From IMG/VR virus record IMGVR_UViG_3300036987_000420, positions 9,577 to 73,576 of that record: a stretch of 64,000 bases of DNA. The stretch is one strand, 5' to 3'. This DNA is from a virus. Its lineage: Duplodnaviria > Caudoviricetes. Positions 18,229 to 27,798 of the stretch are shown in pieces. The notes under the pieces are model-generated. The model saw only the letters and a program-made list of their open reading frames with translations, did no database searches and had not been told where the DNA came from. The first letter of the stretch is position 1, and the number at the start of each line of letters is the position of its first letter. A program made the position numbers and the translations under genes.

Positions 18229-18422
18229 GCCGGCTCGCCATCGTCCCGCTCGCGGTCGGCTACATGGCCGGCGCCTGGCCGGTCCCGGGCTGGCTGCTCG
18301 CGCCCGTGGCCGTGGTGCTCTCCGGGCCGCTCGCGCCGCTGACCCTGGCAGGTGTCGTGACGGGCGCCGCGGCGTGGGGGCTGTGGGCCGCTCGCTGCGT
18401 CTGGGCTGGAGGTGCCGCATGA
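18225..18422 (+). CDS. Small membrane protein
   Basis: Hydrophobic throughout; ATGA coupling on both sides. Confidence 0.6.
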   Translation: MSRLAIVPLAVGYMAGAWPVPGWLLAPVAVVLSGPLAPLTLAGVVTGAAAWGLWAARCVWAGGAA

Positions 18423-19141
18423 GCACCGCACACCTCGCCATCGACGCCGGGCCGTCCTGCGGCTGCGTCGCGATCGGCTGGCCCTCGACCTGCCAGCGCC
18501 CGCCCTACCTCGTCGTCGTGCGGGCCTGGGAGCGCCCCGAGGACGTCCCGGCGGCGCAGGACTGGGTGCGCCGGATGCTCGGGTCGCTGCCCTACCGGCT
18601 GGCGCCGGAGTGGACCTGCGAGCGGCCGTTCGTCACGAGCAACCGCCCCGCGGCCGGTGCCGCGCAGTGGGCGTCGCTCGAGGACTGGGCGCACCTCGCC
18701 GGCGAGCTCGGTGCGCGGCTGACGCACGTGGACGGCCGGTCCTGGCGGGAGCCGTTCGGCATCCCGTCGTCGGACCCCGCTCCAGCCGCACGCTCCTGGC
18801 TCACGCTGCTCTACCCCGGGCTGCAGCTCGGCGAGCGCGACCACACGAGCGACGCCGTCCGCGGTGTGCTCGTGGCGCTTCCTGGTGGCGCAGCGTGGGC
18901 CCAGGCCGAGCTCGCCGCGGCCGTCACGGCCGGACGGCCCGAGGCGCTGGCCGTCGTGGCGGCGTGCAGCCGCCGGAAACGGAAGGCGAAGGGCAAGAGG
19001 GCGGGGGCGGGGGGCAACCCGGCAGACATCACGCCGGAGCGCGCCGCACGGCTCACCGGCGACGTCCGGGAGTACCTGGAGCGGCGCGCCGCGGCCGGAG
19101 ACGCCCGGGCGGTGCGGGCGCTCGCAACCTGGGGAGGCTGA
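18419..19141 (+). CDS. RuvC-like Holliday junction resolvase
   Basis: LAIDAG, CERPF, SWREPFG, HTSDA acidic motif pattern. Confidence 0.65.
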   Translation: MSTAHLAIDAGPSCGCVAIGWPSTCQRPPYLVVVRAWERPEDVPAAQDWVRRMLGSLPYRLAPEWTCERPFVTSNRPAAGAAQWASLEDWAHLAGELGARLTHVDGRSWREPFGIPSSDPAPAARSWLTLLYPGLQLGERDHTSDAVRGVLVALPGGAAWAQAELAAAVTAGRPEALAVVAACSRRKRKAKGKRAGAGGNPADITPERAARLTGDVREYLERRAAAGDARAVRALATWGG

Positions 19142-19145
19142 CCCG

Positions 19146-19484
19146 ATGCACGAGGCGAGAGCGGAGTACCTGGAGCGGATGGGCGAGCACGAGCCGGCGA
19201 AGCGGGAGCGGGCCGCGGCCGAGGAGGGCTGGCTGAAGATGCTGGCCAACGGCACGCCGCCGGAGGTGGTCGAGCACCTCCAGGCCGAGGCGCGCCGGAT
19301 GGGCGCCGAGCACGCCCGGCGGCGGATGGAGGCGGCGGCCCGCAGGCTCGCGAAGCAGCGCGCCACGGCGAAGCGGCGGGCGTTCCGGAAGGGGCGTCGG
19401 CCGAAGCCCGTCGAGCCGTACCGGCCGGGAACGTTGCTGCCGGAGTACGCGGGCCTGTTCAACGCAGCGAGCGACGAGGGCTGA
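19146..19484 (+). CDS. Hypothetical helical protein
   Basis: GGAGG RBS, operon-coupled. Confidence 0.65.
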   Translation: MHEARAEYLERMGEHEPAKRERAAAEEGWLKMLANGTPPEVVEHLQAEARRMGAEHARRRMEAAARRLAKQRATAKRRAFRKGRRPKPVEPYRPGTLLPEYAGLFNAASDEG

Positions 19485-19487
19485 AGC

Positions 19488-20252
19488 ATGGCACGTCCGC
19501 CCGTCCCGACGACGAATCCGCTGGGCGCCCGCATTCGGTCGGCCCGCGAGGCGCGTGGCCTGAGCCTCGTCGAGCTGGCGGCGCGACTCGGCGTGAACCC
19601 GCGAACCGTTCGGGCCGCCGAGATGGAGGGGCGCGGCAAGGCCGTCCCGCTGGCGTGCGACATGCTCGGCGTCTCCTGCAACGTCGACGACGACTGCGAC
19701 GACGACTGCGACGCCGCGGACCCTCGTGCGTGCCAGGAACCCCGCGTCCCGAGCGGCCCGCCGGCCGCCTGTTCCTCTTTTGCGACCGAGAGTGAGACGC
19801 GGCGCGTCATGGAATCCGCCGCCAGCGCGGACCAGCGCGAACGCGGCCCAGACGCGTTTGCGCCGATGCCGACTGCGACGACGACTGCGACGACGGCGAC
19901 GACTGCACCGTCGGCCGGTGCGACCCCTGCACGTCTCCGCGTCGGCCGACGCGCCAACGGCTCGCTGCGGGGCGTCACGCTGAACATCAGGCGGATCGGG
20001 CAGGAAGTGCGCGTTTCTGGGCTCCAGCCGCCATCGATGCGAGAGATGCTGGCCGACCTGAGCACGCAGGCGCTGCGGGCCTGCGTCGTCGTCGCGCTGC
20101 GGCAGGACGGCTCCCGGTTCTGGGAGATCCAGATGGGCGCCGCACGGTCCCAGGCGGAGCTCGACGCGCTGGTCGCGGGGCTGCGGTACGCGGAGCACGA
20201 CCTGTTGAGCGAGTGCGCGCAGACGGTCCACGACACGGGCGGGAGGGGCTGA
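19488..20252 (+). CDS. XRE-HTH protein with low-complexity linker
   Basis: LGARIRSAREARGLSLVELAARLGVNPRTVRAAE. Confidence 0.8.
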   Translation: MARPPVPTTNPLGARIRSAREARGLSLVELAARLGVNPRTVRAAEMEGRGKAVPLACDMLGVSCNVDDDCDDDCDAADPRACQEPRVPSGPPAACSSFATESETRRVMESAASADQRERGPDAFAPMPTATTTATTATTAPSAGATPARLRVGRRANGSLRGVTLNIRRIGQEVRVSGLQPPSMREMLADLSTQALRACVVVALRQDGSRFWEIQMGAARSQAELDALVAGLRYAEHDLLSECAQTVHDTGGRG

Positions 20253-20947
20253 TGTCGGCGGCGCGGGCGATGACGACGAGCGAGCAGGAGCCGGCGCGTG
20301 AGTCTATCAGGCCGGCCTGCCCGCACTGCGGCGACTCCGGGCGGCGCTCCGTCCGCGGGCGTCCGGACGGTCACCTCGTCACCGCGTGCGAGGCCTGCGG
20401 CCACGACGTCGAGGACCTCGGCATCTACGACGAGATGCTGCGCGCCGCGGAGAAAGCGCGGCTGCGGGCCGTGGGCGGCGGCGACATGCCGTTGTTCGGC
20501 AGCGTCGGCGCGGCGATCGGCTGGTATCTGCGGCAGCGCGAGCGCCTGATGGGGTCGCGCTCGCTCGACGACATGCTGGCCGAGCGGCTGGCCTACGGCT
20601 GCGCCATCAAGGGCGGGAGCGGCTCGACCCGGGAGCCGCGGGTGCTCCAGGTCGCCCGCATCGCGGCCTGCCTGCCCGACACGACCGACACGAGCGGCCG
20701 GCCCGTCGTCGAGGCAGAGGTGGCGCTCGCGATGCTGCTGCTCACCACGGGGGGCGGAGGTGGCGGGTCGGGGGCGGGGAGCGGAGGAGGAGGGCTCGGC
20801 CGCGAGGCCGCCGCGGCGTTGTGCCGCGAGCGGTGGGGGGCCGAGTGGGGTGACCAGCGGTGCCGCGCGCTGCTCCAGCGGGCGCTGGCCGAGACGAGGG
20901 CGCGGATGCAGGAGCGCGGCATCCTGCGGCGGGGGTGGGGGGGATGA
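20252..20947 (+). CDS. Zn-ribbon protein, candidate late-gene regulator
   Basis: CPHC...CEACG; last large early gene before the late promoter (Q position). Confidence 0.5.
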   Translation: MSAARAMTTSEQEPARESIRPACPHCGDSGRRSVRGRPDGHLVTACEACGHDVEDLGIYDEMLRAAEKARLRAVGGGDMPLFGSVGAAIGWYLRQRERLMGSRSLDDMLAERLAYGCAIKGGSGSTREPRVLQVARIAACLPDTTDTSGRPVVEAEVALAMLLLTTGGGGGGSGAGSGGGGLGREAAAALCRERWGAEWGDQRCRALLQRALAETRARMQERGILRRGWGG

Positions 20948-20948
20948 C

Positions 20949-21173
20949 GTGACCCGCCGCTGCAATAGACCGCGTCAGCGGCGTTACGTCTGCGCGCAGT
21001 GCGGCGCTCCGGCCTCTTACTGGTCGTGGAAGCTGCGGCGCCGGCGGGCAAGCGCCGACCACGACCTCTGCGAGCGTTGCTGGCAGGCCGAGGAGGACGC
21101 CCTCCTCGCCGCGCAAACGCCCGCCCAGCGCGGCCCGGACGGGCGCACCGGGGACAGCCGGAGGGGGTCATAG
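20949..21173 (+). CDS. Small Zn-finger protein
   Basis: CAQCG...LCERCW. Confidence 0.55.
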   Translation: MTRRCNRPRQRRYVCAQCGAPASYWSWKLRRRRASADHDLCERCWQAEEDALLAAQTPAQRGPDGRTGDSRRGS

Positions 21174-21213
21174 AGGGGCCGCCCGAGGGGGGCTCGGGGA
21201 AACATGCAGGGGT

Positions 21214-21258
21214 GGATCCGAAAAAAGTGCTTGCGCTGGATCCGGAGATCCGTATGTT
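21214..21258 (+). promoter_or_regulatory. Late promoter (pR'-like) with RGATCCG repeats
   Basis: TTGCGC-N16-TATGTT; GGATCCG at 21214 and 21238, AGATCCG at 21246. Confidence 0.55.
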
Positions 21259-21283
21259 TCTGTCATGCTCTGATTCGTGTGAG

Positions 21284-21319
21284 AGGCGCCCGGGATTCCC
21301 GCGGCGCCTTTCGTGTTTT
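21284..21319 (+). terminator. Intrinsic terminator just downstream of late promoter (tR'-like)
   Basis: AGGCGCC...GGCGCCT stem followed by TTCGTGTTTT. Confidence 0.65.
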
Positions 21320-21351
21320 CAGGCACTTACGTGACTGGAGGTCGCGACGGT

Positions 21352-21960
21352 GTGGCGGAGCGAACGACACCGGGGCGCCCTCACCGCGCGAAGTCGCACA
21401 AGACCCCGCGCGCGCAGTGGCGCCCGAAGCCGCACCATCGCCGCGCCGCCCTGCTGAGAGCGATCGGGAAGACCTGGGACCAAGTCGCCGCCGACCTGGG
21501 CTACCGGGCCGAGACCGTCCGGCACTACTCCACCCTCCCGGGCTGGGATGACCTGGTCGCCAAGCAGGTGGTCGGCGAGGGCCGCCGCATCCTCGACGAG
21601 GCCTTCATCCCGGTCGTCCGGGAGATGATCTCGCTGGCGCTCAGGCGGCCCGAACGGAAGAGCGCGGACGACGAGAGCGTCGTCGCGCCGAAGGACGCGG
21701 TGAAGGCCGCCGAGTGGCTGGCCGACGTCTGGAAGCGCCTGGGCCCGCTGCGCGAGAAGGACCCCGACGACGCGCCGCCCGATGGCGCTGCCCCATCCGG
21801 CACGCTCGGCACCGTGACGGTCGCGGGGAGCATCCGCTCGCGGGTGGCGCCGGCGCCCACGACCGCCGGCGCCCCCTCGTCGGCGCCTTCATCCGCCGGC
21901 CCGCCGCCGACCGCGAGGAGCCGCCAGCGTGGCGACGAGGACGGCGACGCGGAGGGGTAG
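21352..21960 (+). CDS. terS: Terminase small subunit (HTH)
   Basis: KTWDQVAADLGYRAETVRHY HTH; directly upstream of terL. Confidence 0.7.
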   Translation: MAERTTPGRPHRAKSHKTPRAQWRPKPHHRRAALLRAIGKTWDQVAADLGYRAETVRHYSTLPGWDDLVAKQVVGEGRRILDEAFIPVVREMISLALRRPERKSADDESVVAPKDAVKAAEWLADVWKRLGPLREKDPDDAPPDGAAPSGTLGTVTVAGSIRSRVAPAPTTAGAPSSAPSSAGPPPTARSRQRGDEDGDAEG

Positions 21961-23626
21961 ACGCCCGACGCGCCTGCAGCCGGACCTCACTCGAGGGGCC
22001 TGGGGCTGGAACGAGGCCGGCACCGTCTGGGTGCCGCCGCAGTTCGCCGGGGTCGACGTCGAGGTCGACCTGTTCGGTGAGTACGCGCCCATCCCGCCGG
22101 CCGAGCGTCTCGCTGCGTCGGCCGCCCGCGAGCTGAACGCCTGCGCCAGCCGCGGCGGCGGGAAGAGCTACAACACCGGCCGCGTCGCGGCCGAGCGGAT
22201 GCACGAGGACTCCGTCCGCATCCGCATGGTCGGCGACCTGGTGTTCCCCAAGGGGCACTTCGACCGCTGGTTCGAAGCGGTCGTCGGGCGCCCAGGGCAG
22301 CCCGTGCCGCTCGCCCAGGAGCGGTTGAAGAAGGTCAAGGCGCCGTGCCCGTTCTGGGTCGTGGCGCCCGACTACGACCTGGCCGACATCCAGGCGCAGG
22401 AGCAGGACGAGGTCTGGTCGCGCTGGGCCGACGAGCTCGGCGTGAAGTTGTTCGGCCGCACCCTGTGGGTGCTCGGCCTGGGCATCCGGATCGACTTCCG
22501 CTCGGGCGAGAAGCCGAAGAAGCTGGTCGGCCGCAACCTCCTCGGGGTGCTCTACGAGGAGGCCGCGCGCCTCAAGCCAGCCGTCTTCGACAACGTCCAG
22601 CCGGCGCTCGACCGCCGCAACGGTTGGTCGATCAGCAACACGACCCCGGACGGCAAGAACGCCTACTGGGAGCAGCGCTGGGCGCGGGGCGACAAGGCCG
22701 CGGCCGAGGAGGCCGGTCACCCCGACCGCTACGAGCCGCCCGACTCCGACGAGGAGGCCGCCCGCCCGACGCCGAAGCGCCCCTGGCGCATCTGGGCGCA
22801 GGGCTGCCGCAACGTCCACTGGACGGCGGCCGAGAACACGGCCCTGCCGAACCTCGCCGTCGAGATGGAGCGGGCGCGGAAGCGCCTCGGCTCGCGGTCG
22901 CTGGCCTACCTGCAGAACTGGGCGGCGTCGTTCGACACGCCGACCGGCGCCATCTGGGGCGCGCTCAACCCGGCGGTCCACCTGCGGGACGTCGACGAGG
23001 CGCTGTTCGTCGAGCGCGTCGCCGGCTACGACCCCGGCTACGGACGGACGGGTTTCGCCGCCGGCGCCCTGGGCTTCTTCGGACGCCTGAAGGACGGCCG
23101 CTGGCACTGCTACTGGGCGATGCTGGCGCAGGGCGTCCTGTCCAGCCCGCCCATGGGCGTGCAGGCGCAGTCGACGCGGACCTGGCTGGGCATCGCGCTC
23201 GCCGAGATCGAGCGCGTCCGGGCCCACTACGGGCAGGACGTGCCGGTCTTCATCGACCCGAGCGCCCAGGACGACATCGCGAAGTGGGTGGCGTCGGGCA
23301 TCGACGCCCGCCCGGCGAACAACCACGTCCGCGGCGGCCTCGCCACGGTCGAGGAGCTGCTCGCGTACGAGCCGGACAGCGCCGTCTACGAGGAGCGCTG
23401 GCCGCACCTGACGTTCGCGACGGACATCATGGTCGAGGTTTGGCGGCAGCTCCTGCGCTACCGCTGGGCGCAGGACACGGCGGGCCGCAACCTGCCGTGG
23501 CCGCACAAGGAAGACGACCACTCCTGCGACATGACGCGCTACGCGATGCACAGCGTGGGCGCCATCGTGACCGCGGGCGGCGGCGGCCAGCCGGACGAGT
23601 GGGATCCGGTGGGCCACCTGATGTGA
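21929..23626 (+). CDS. terL: Terminase large subunit
   Basis: ASRGGGKS Walker A, LYEEAA Walker B, GYDPG, FIDPSA, DHSCDMTRY nuclease motifs. Confidence 0.92.
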   Translation: MATRTATRRGRRPTRLQPDLTRGAWGWNEAGTVWVPPQFAGVDVEVDLFGEYAPIPPAERLAASAARELNACASRGGGKSYNTGRVAAERMHEDSVRIRMVGDLVFPKGHFDRWFEAVVGRPGQPVPLAQERLKKVKAPCPFWVVAPDYDLADIQAQEQDEVWSRWADELGVKLFGRTLWVLGLGIRIDFRSGEKPKKLVGRNLLGVLYEEAARLKPAVFDNVQPALDRRNGWSISNTTPDGKNAYWEQRWARGDKAAAEEAGHPDRYEPPDSDEEAARPTPKRPWRIWAQGCRNVHWTAAENTALPNLAVEMERARKRLGSRSLAYLQNWAASFDTPTGAIWGALNPAVHLRDVDEALFVERVAGYDPGYGRTGFAAGALGFFGRLKDGRWHCYWAMLAQGVLSSPPMGVQAQSTRTWLGIALAEIERVRAHYGQDVPVFIDPSAQDDIAKWVASGIDARPANNHVRGGLATVEELLAYEPDSAVYEERWPHLTFATDIMVEVWRQLLRYRWAQDTAGRNLPWPHKEDDHSCDMTRYAMHSVGAIVTAGGGGQPDEWDPVGHLM

Positions 23627-23632
23627 GCGGCG

Positions 23633-25354
23633 ATGCGGTGGGTCGACGCAGCCCGTGGCCGGGTGTCGTCGGCCGCCGCGCGCGCCGCCGCTGTGGCGCT
23701 CGGCGCGCTGACGACGACGGACCTCGTTGGCTGGGAGGCATCGAACGCCGTGGCCGGAGGGACCGCCAGACAGCGCCGCATCTGGGACCTGGAGCGGCTG
23801 TACCTGGGTAGGCAGTACGCCGATCGCGCGCCCTGGGAGGCTCAGCCCGGGCAGCTCCAGGTCATCCCGGTCCGGCTGCGGAAGCCCTCCACGCAGAGCG
23901 GCCTCGGCGAAGAGATCGTCGACCGCTACACGGCGCTGGCAGGGCGCCCCCGCTTCGCCGTGCCGGACGACGACGACGCGACCGAGCTGCTCCAGCGTCT
24001 GCTGCGCGCCTCCGGCTTCGGCGGTGCCTGGTCGGACGCCTTCACGCTCGGCCTGTGTCCCGGCAGCGGCCCGCTCGTCTTCTCGTGGCGCTTCGGCGTC
24101 CCCCGGGCGCGCATCTACGGCCCGGCCTACTGTGAGCCGGTGTGGGCCGAGACGGCCGAGACGGCCGAGGACCTCGCCGCGGCGACGAAGTTCGGCATCG
24201 CGCCCGACGATCTCGTGCGCCTGTCGGTCCGCTACATCGACGAACGGGAGGAAGGCGGCCAGCCCGCCGACGTCTGGGTCCGCGAGGACCTGACGCCGAC
24301 GGCCATCGTCCGCTACCAGGAGCTGCGCGTCGTCTACGACACGCCGCAGACCCGCAGCGACCCGCGGGCGCCGCGCCCGGAGGACTGGAAGCCGGACGCG
24401 AAGCGGAGCATCGAGCACGGCTGGGGCTTCGTACCCGCCGAGTGGCTCCGCCCGCTGGGTGAGTACGGCGGGGCCGTGGACGGACCGTGCCTGCTCGGTG
24501 AGCCGGACGGGCCGCTGGCCACGCTCATCGCCGAGTGGGACCTCACGATGAGCCTGGCGGGCCGGGCGGCACACCGCAACGCGGCGCCCACGCCGTTCTT
24601 CGCCGGTCTGCCGATCGACCTGCTGAAGAAGTTCGACCCGGCCAAGCCGTTCGCCGCGCCCAGCAAGGACGCGACGTTCAAGTTCATGGAGTCGGCGGGG
24701 GAGGGGGTCGTCAAGGCCCACGCCCACGCCGACAAGCTGAAGGCGCGCGCCTACGAGCTCGCGCAGGTCGTCGTGCACAACCCGGAGGCCGGCGGCGAGC
24801 CGTCGGGCGAGGCGCTCCGGTTGAAGTTCATGCCGATGATCGTGCGTGTCGCCGAGTGGCGCGACGAGGTCGAGCCGCAGGCTGAGCGCTTCGCCGAGAA
24901 GATGCTGCGCGCGGCGCTCGCCGAGGCGAAGAAGGGCGGTCTCGCCGCGGCGCTGCTGCGCCGCGAGGGGGGCGCGGCAGAGACGGGCCGGGTCGGCGCC
25001 GACACGGCGGCCGGCTCGCCCCTCCAGCCGAAGCGCACCATCGTGCAGGCGACATGGGCGGCGCCCATCCCGCTCACGATGGCGGACCGCCAGCGGGCCG
25101 TGCAGACGGCGTCGCAGGCGCGCCTGGCGCAGCTCGTGCCGCAGGCCGAGGCCGTGCGCTTCGTGGCGCAGCACGCCTTCGAGGACATGGACGCCGAGAA
25201 GGCGCTCGCGGACCTCGAGGCCGAGGGCGGCGCCGAACGCGCCGCGTACACGGCGAGGGCCGGAACGGCCGGGCGGCCGGTCGCGGCAGCCGCCGGCGGC
25301 ACGGCCGAGACCGCCGCCTCCGGCGAGGCGGGAACGACGGTCACGACGGGCTGA
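23633..25354 (+). CDS. Portal protein
   Basis: Position after terL; LERLYLGRQY, HGWGFVPAEW, PSGEALRLKFMPM motifs. Confidence 0.85.
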   Translation: MRWVDAARGRVSSAAARAAAVALGALTTTDLVGWEASNAVAGGTARQRRIWDLERLYLGRQYADRAPWEAQPGQLQVIPVRLRKPSTQSGLGEEIVDRYTALAGRPRFAVPDDDDATELLQRLLRASGFGGAWSDAFTLGLCPGSGPLVFSWRFGVPRARIYGPAYCEPVWAETAETAEDLAAATKFGIAPDDLVRLSVRYIDEREEGGQPADVWVREDLTPTAIVRYQELRVVYDTPQTRSDPRAPRPEDWKPDAKRSIEHGWGFVPAEWLRPLGEYGGAVDGPCLLGEPDGPLATLIAEWDLTMSLAGRAAHRNAAPTPFFAGLPIDLLKKFDPAKPFAAPSKDATFKFMESAGEGVVKAHAHADKLKARAYELAQVVVHNPEAGGEPSGEALRLKFMPMIVRVAEWRDEVEPQAERFAEKMLRAALAEAKKGGLAAALLRREGGAAETGRVGADTAAGSPLQPKRTIVQATWAAPIPLTMADRQRAVQTASQARLAQLVPQAEAVRFVAQHAFEDMDAEKALADLEAEGGAERAAYTARAGTAGRPVAAAAGGTAETAASGEAGTTVTTG

Positions 25355-25376
25355 GCGGCCCGCGGACAGGTGAGCC

Positions 25377-26849
25377 GTGGCACGCGACGCTGGCGCCGAG
25401 GTCCGCGACGTCCTGCGGCGACAGCGGGCCCAGCTCGACGGGCTGACCGAGGACGCGCAGCGGAAGATTGCCGCGCTCCTCGAGGACACGCAGCGCGACC
25501 TCGAGCGCGAGCTGCGGCGCTACCAGGACAGCGCCCCGGACAGCTTCACGGCGCAGGACTACCGCGTCGCGATGGCGCGGGTCCGGACGATCGCGCAGGG
25601 CCTGGAGGACCGGCTGGCCGTGCGCGAGGCGGGGCCGGGCGGCAAGGGCCTGCTCGTCGACTTCGGAGAGCGTGCCCGAGGCCTCGGGCTCGACCACCTC
25701 GAGGAGCAGATCACGCGCTTCTCGGCGGTCTTCGAGGGCACGACGCGGCCGGTGAACCTGCGGGCCGTGGCCCGCACGCTCGACGAGGTGCTGCTCGAGC
25801 GCTTCGAGACGAGCGTCCGGAGCTACGGCTTCGACGGCGTGAAGGCGATCCAGCGCGAGCTCGCTCAGGCGCAGCTCGCGGGGCGCTTCCCGCGGCAGCA
25901 CGCCGACCGCGTGATGGAGGTCACGGGCTTCGGCGAGCGCGAGCGCTGGAAGGCGGACCGCATCGTCCGGACCGAGCTGGCGCACAGCTACTCGGCGGCG
26001 CACCTCGAGGGGCTGCGGGCGGCGAACGAGGCCGACCCGGGCTACCGGAAGAAGCTCGTCGCGACCCGCGACGACCGGGTCGGGTCCGACAGCATCTTCG
26101 TCGACGGCCAGGTGCGGGAACTCGACGAGCCCTTCGAGGACAACGAGGGCCGCGTCTACCAGCACCCGCCGAACCGCCCGAACGACCGCGAGGTCGAGGT
26201 GGCGACCCGGGCGGAGTGGGAGGACGAAGCGTCCGGCAGCGAGGCCGGCGAGGGAACGCTCGTCAAGGACGAGGACCCGGCCGGAACCGCAGCGGTGTAC
26301 GGCGACGCCCGCGAGAACCACCGCGAAGCGTTCGAGGCGGCGAAGAGCTACGCGGAGCGCGTCGGGGCCGGGTTCGATGTTGATGGCGCGCCGGGCACCG
26401 GGGAGTACGTCACGCCGTTCAGCCGCGGCAAGGCTCCGGCATCCGGCGGCATCCGGGTGGGAGACCCACCCGACATCTCGACCGTGGCGCACGAGACGGT
26501 CCACCTGCGATTCTTTGAGCGGGAGGGCTTCCCGAAGTACCACGACTTCCGCCGGGGGGCGACGACCGAGGCCCGTATCGAATCCGCGCGGCGCCTGCTA
26601 TTGAACGACGCAGAGGCCTATCGTGCCGAGCTCGTGCTGGCCGACCGGCTGCTGGCGGATCAGGCAGAGCTCGCGGAGACGAAGCGCCGCATCCTGCAGC
26701 TCGGCGAGCGGCGGATGCGCGAGGTGGCGGTCCAGCTCAAGCTGGATGCGCAGCACGTCGACGAGGCCGTCGCCGTGCTGCGGGGCGATGGCGAGCCTGT
26801 CGACCGTCTTGCCGAGGATGTGATTGAGATGCTCCTCGGAAGGCAGTAA
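25377..26849 (+). CDS. MuF/SPP1 gp7-like head morphogenesis protein with C-terminal HExxH metallopeptidase-like domain
   Basis: RIVRTELAHSY, RDDRV, HPPNRPNDR MuF core; extension with VAHETVHLR and NDAEAY. Confidence 0.85.
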   Translation: MARDAGAEVRDVLRRQRAQLDGLTEDAQRKIAALLEDTQRDLERELRRYQDSAPDSFTAQDYRVAMARVRTIAQGLEDRLAVREAGPGGKGLLVDFGERARGLGLDHLEEQITRFSAVFEGTTRPVNLRAVARTLDEVLLERFETSVRSYGFDGVKAIQRELAQAQLAGRFPRQHADRVMEVTGFGERERWKADRIVRTELAHSYSAAHLEGLRAANEADPGYRKKLVATRDDRVGSDSIFVDGQVRELDEPFEDNEGRVYQHPPNRPNDREVEVATRAEWEDEASGSEAGEGTLVKDEDPAGTAAVYGDARENHREAFEAAKSYAERVGAGFDVDGAPGTGEYVTPFSRGKAPASGGIRVGDPPDISTVAHETVHLRFFEREGFPKYHDFRRGATTEARIESARRLLLNDAEAYRAELVLADRLLADQAELAETKRRILQLGERRMREVAVQLKLDAQHVDEAVAVLRGDGEPVDRLAEDVIEMLLGRQ

Positions 26850-26850
26850 C

Positions 26851-27123
26851 ATGACGGACATGGCAGGCGTTCTACAGGGCATGACCGCCGAGCAGGTCGA
26901 CATGTTCCTCTTCGAGGCGACGCCCGAGGACGCGTCGCGGCTCCTCGCGGTATTCGATGACCCGGATGCCGTCCGCGACGACCTGCTACGCGCCACGTGG
27001 CGACTGCGCGAGCTCGGTCACCCGCTGTACGACGAGGCGGCCCAGCGCTACCTCAGCGATCCCCGGACGCAGATGCCCGGTCCGCTCGGAATGAGTGCTG
27101 AGTCTGAGCTGACCTCGTACTGA
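26851..27123 (+). CDS. Small protein, candidate immunity to the MuF tip
   Basis: Starts 1 nt after MuF stop, followed by a terminator. Confidence 0.55.
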   Translation: MTDMAGVLQGMTAEQVDMFLFEATPEDASRLLAVFDDPDAVRDDLLRATWRLRELGHPLYDEAAQRYLSDPRTQMPGPLGMSAESELTSY

Positions 27124-27155
27124 CGGCAGCCGCGACACGGATTCGGTTACGTCTG

Positions 27156-27195
27156 GGCCCGCCCCTCCCTGCGAGGGCGCGGGCCTTCGTGTTCT
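27156..27195 (+). terminator. Putative intrinsic terminator
   Basis: GGCCCGC/GCGGGCC plus CCCTC/GAGGG stem then TTCGTGTTCT. Confidence 0.55.
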
Positions 27196-27215
27196 CAGAC
27201 CCCGAGGAGCAGCCG

Positions 27216-27761
27216 ATGCCGGGCTGGAAGAAGCCGACCCCGCAGCCCGAGGGCGAGCGGATGGTCACGCCGTCAGCGCCGATCGACGTGCTGCTCGTCG
27301 GGGCGCGCGGCGCCACCGACTGGCGCGCGAAGGTCATCCCGGAGCTCGACGCGCTCGGGCTCGTCTGGTACGCGCCGGACGGCATCCCGGTCGCCTCCGA
27401 GCGGCTGCCGGAGATCGGCTGCACGCTCGTCGGCCTGGGCGACCCCGGCAGCGGCAACCACGGCCTCGACACGATGTTCCTGCTCGGGCAGCGCCTGGGC
27501 GGCGGCATGTACTACGGCGGCGGCTCGACCGTCGTCTTCCGCTTCGGCGAGCTGCCAGCCGGCGACGCCTTCACGCAGTACGACCGCGACGTCTACGCCG
27601 CCGTCCAGGAGGTCCTGGGCCGCAGCCGCGTGCACGTCGCCGCCGACCCGGGTGAGGCGGCCCGGGCCTGCGCGGTTCACCGCGCGCGCCGCTGGGACCC
27701 CGACGGCGAGGTCGAGGTCGAGACGGTCACGACGACGAAGCGCCGGCGCCGCGCGAGCTGA
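27216..27761 (+). CDS. Nucleoside deoxyribosyltransferase-like (flavodoxin fold) protein, tentative
   Basis: VLLVG...TDWRAKVIPELDALGLVWYAP resembles NDT-like N-terminus; GAGGAG RBS. Confidence 0.45.
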   Translation: MPGWKKPTPQPEGERMVTPSAPIDVLLVGARGATDWRAKVIPELDALGLVWYAPDGIPVASERLPEIGCTLVGLGDPGSGNHGLDTMFLLGQRLGGGMYYGGGSTVVFRFGELPAGDAFTQYDRDVYAAVQEVLGRSRVHVAADPGEAARACAVHRARRWDPDGEVEVETVTTTKRRRRAS

Positions 27762-27798
27762 GCGCCGCGCCGCCGCACACCGCAGGGAGACAGGTTCC

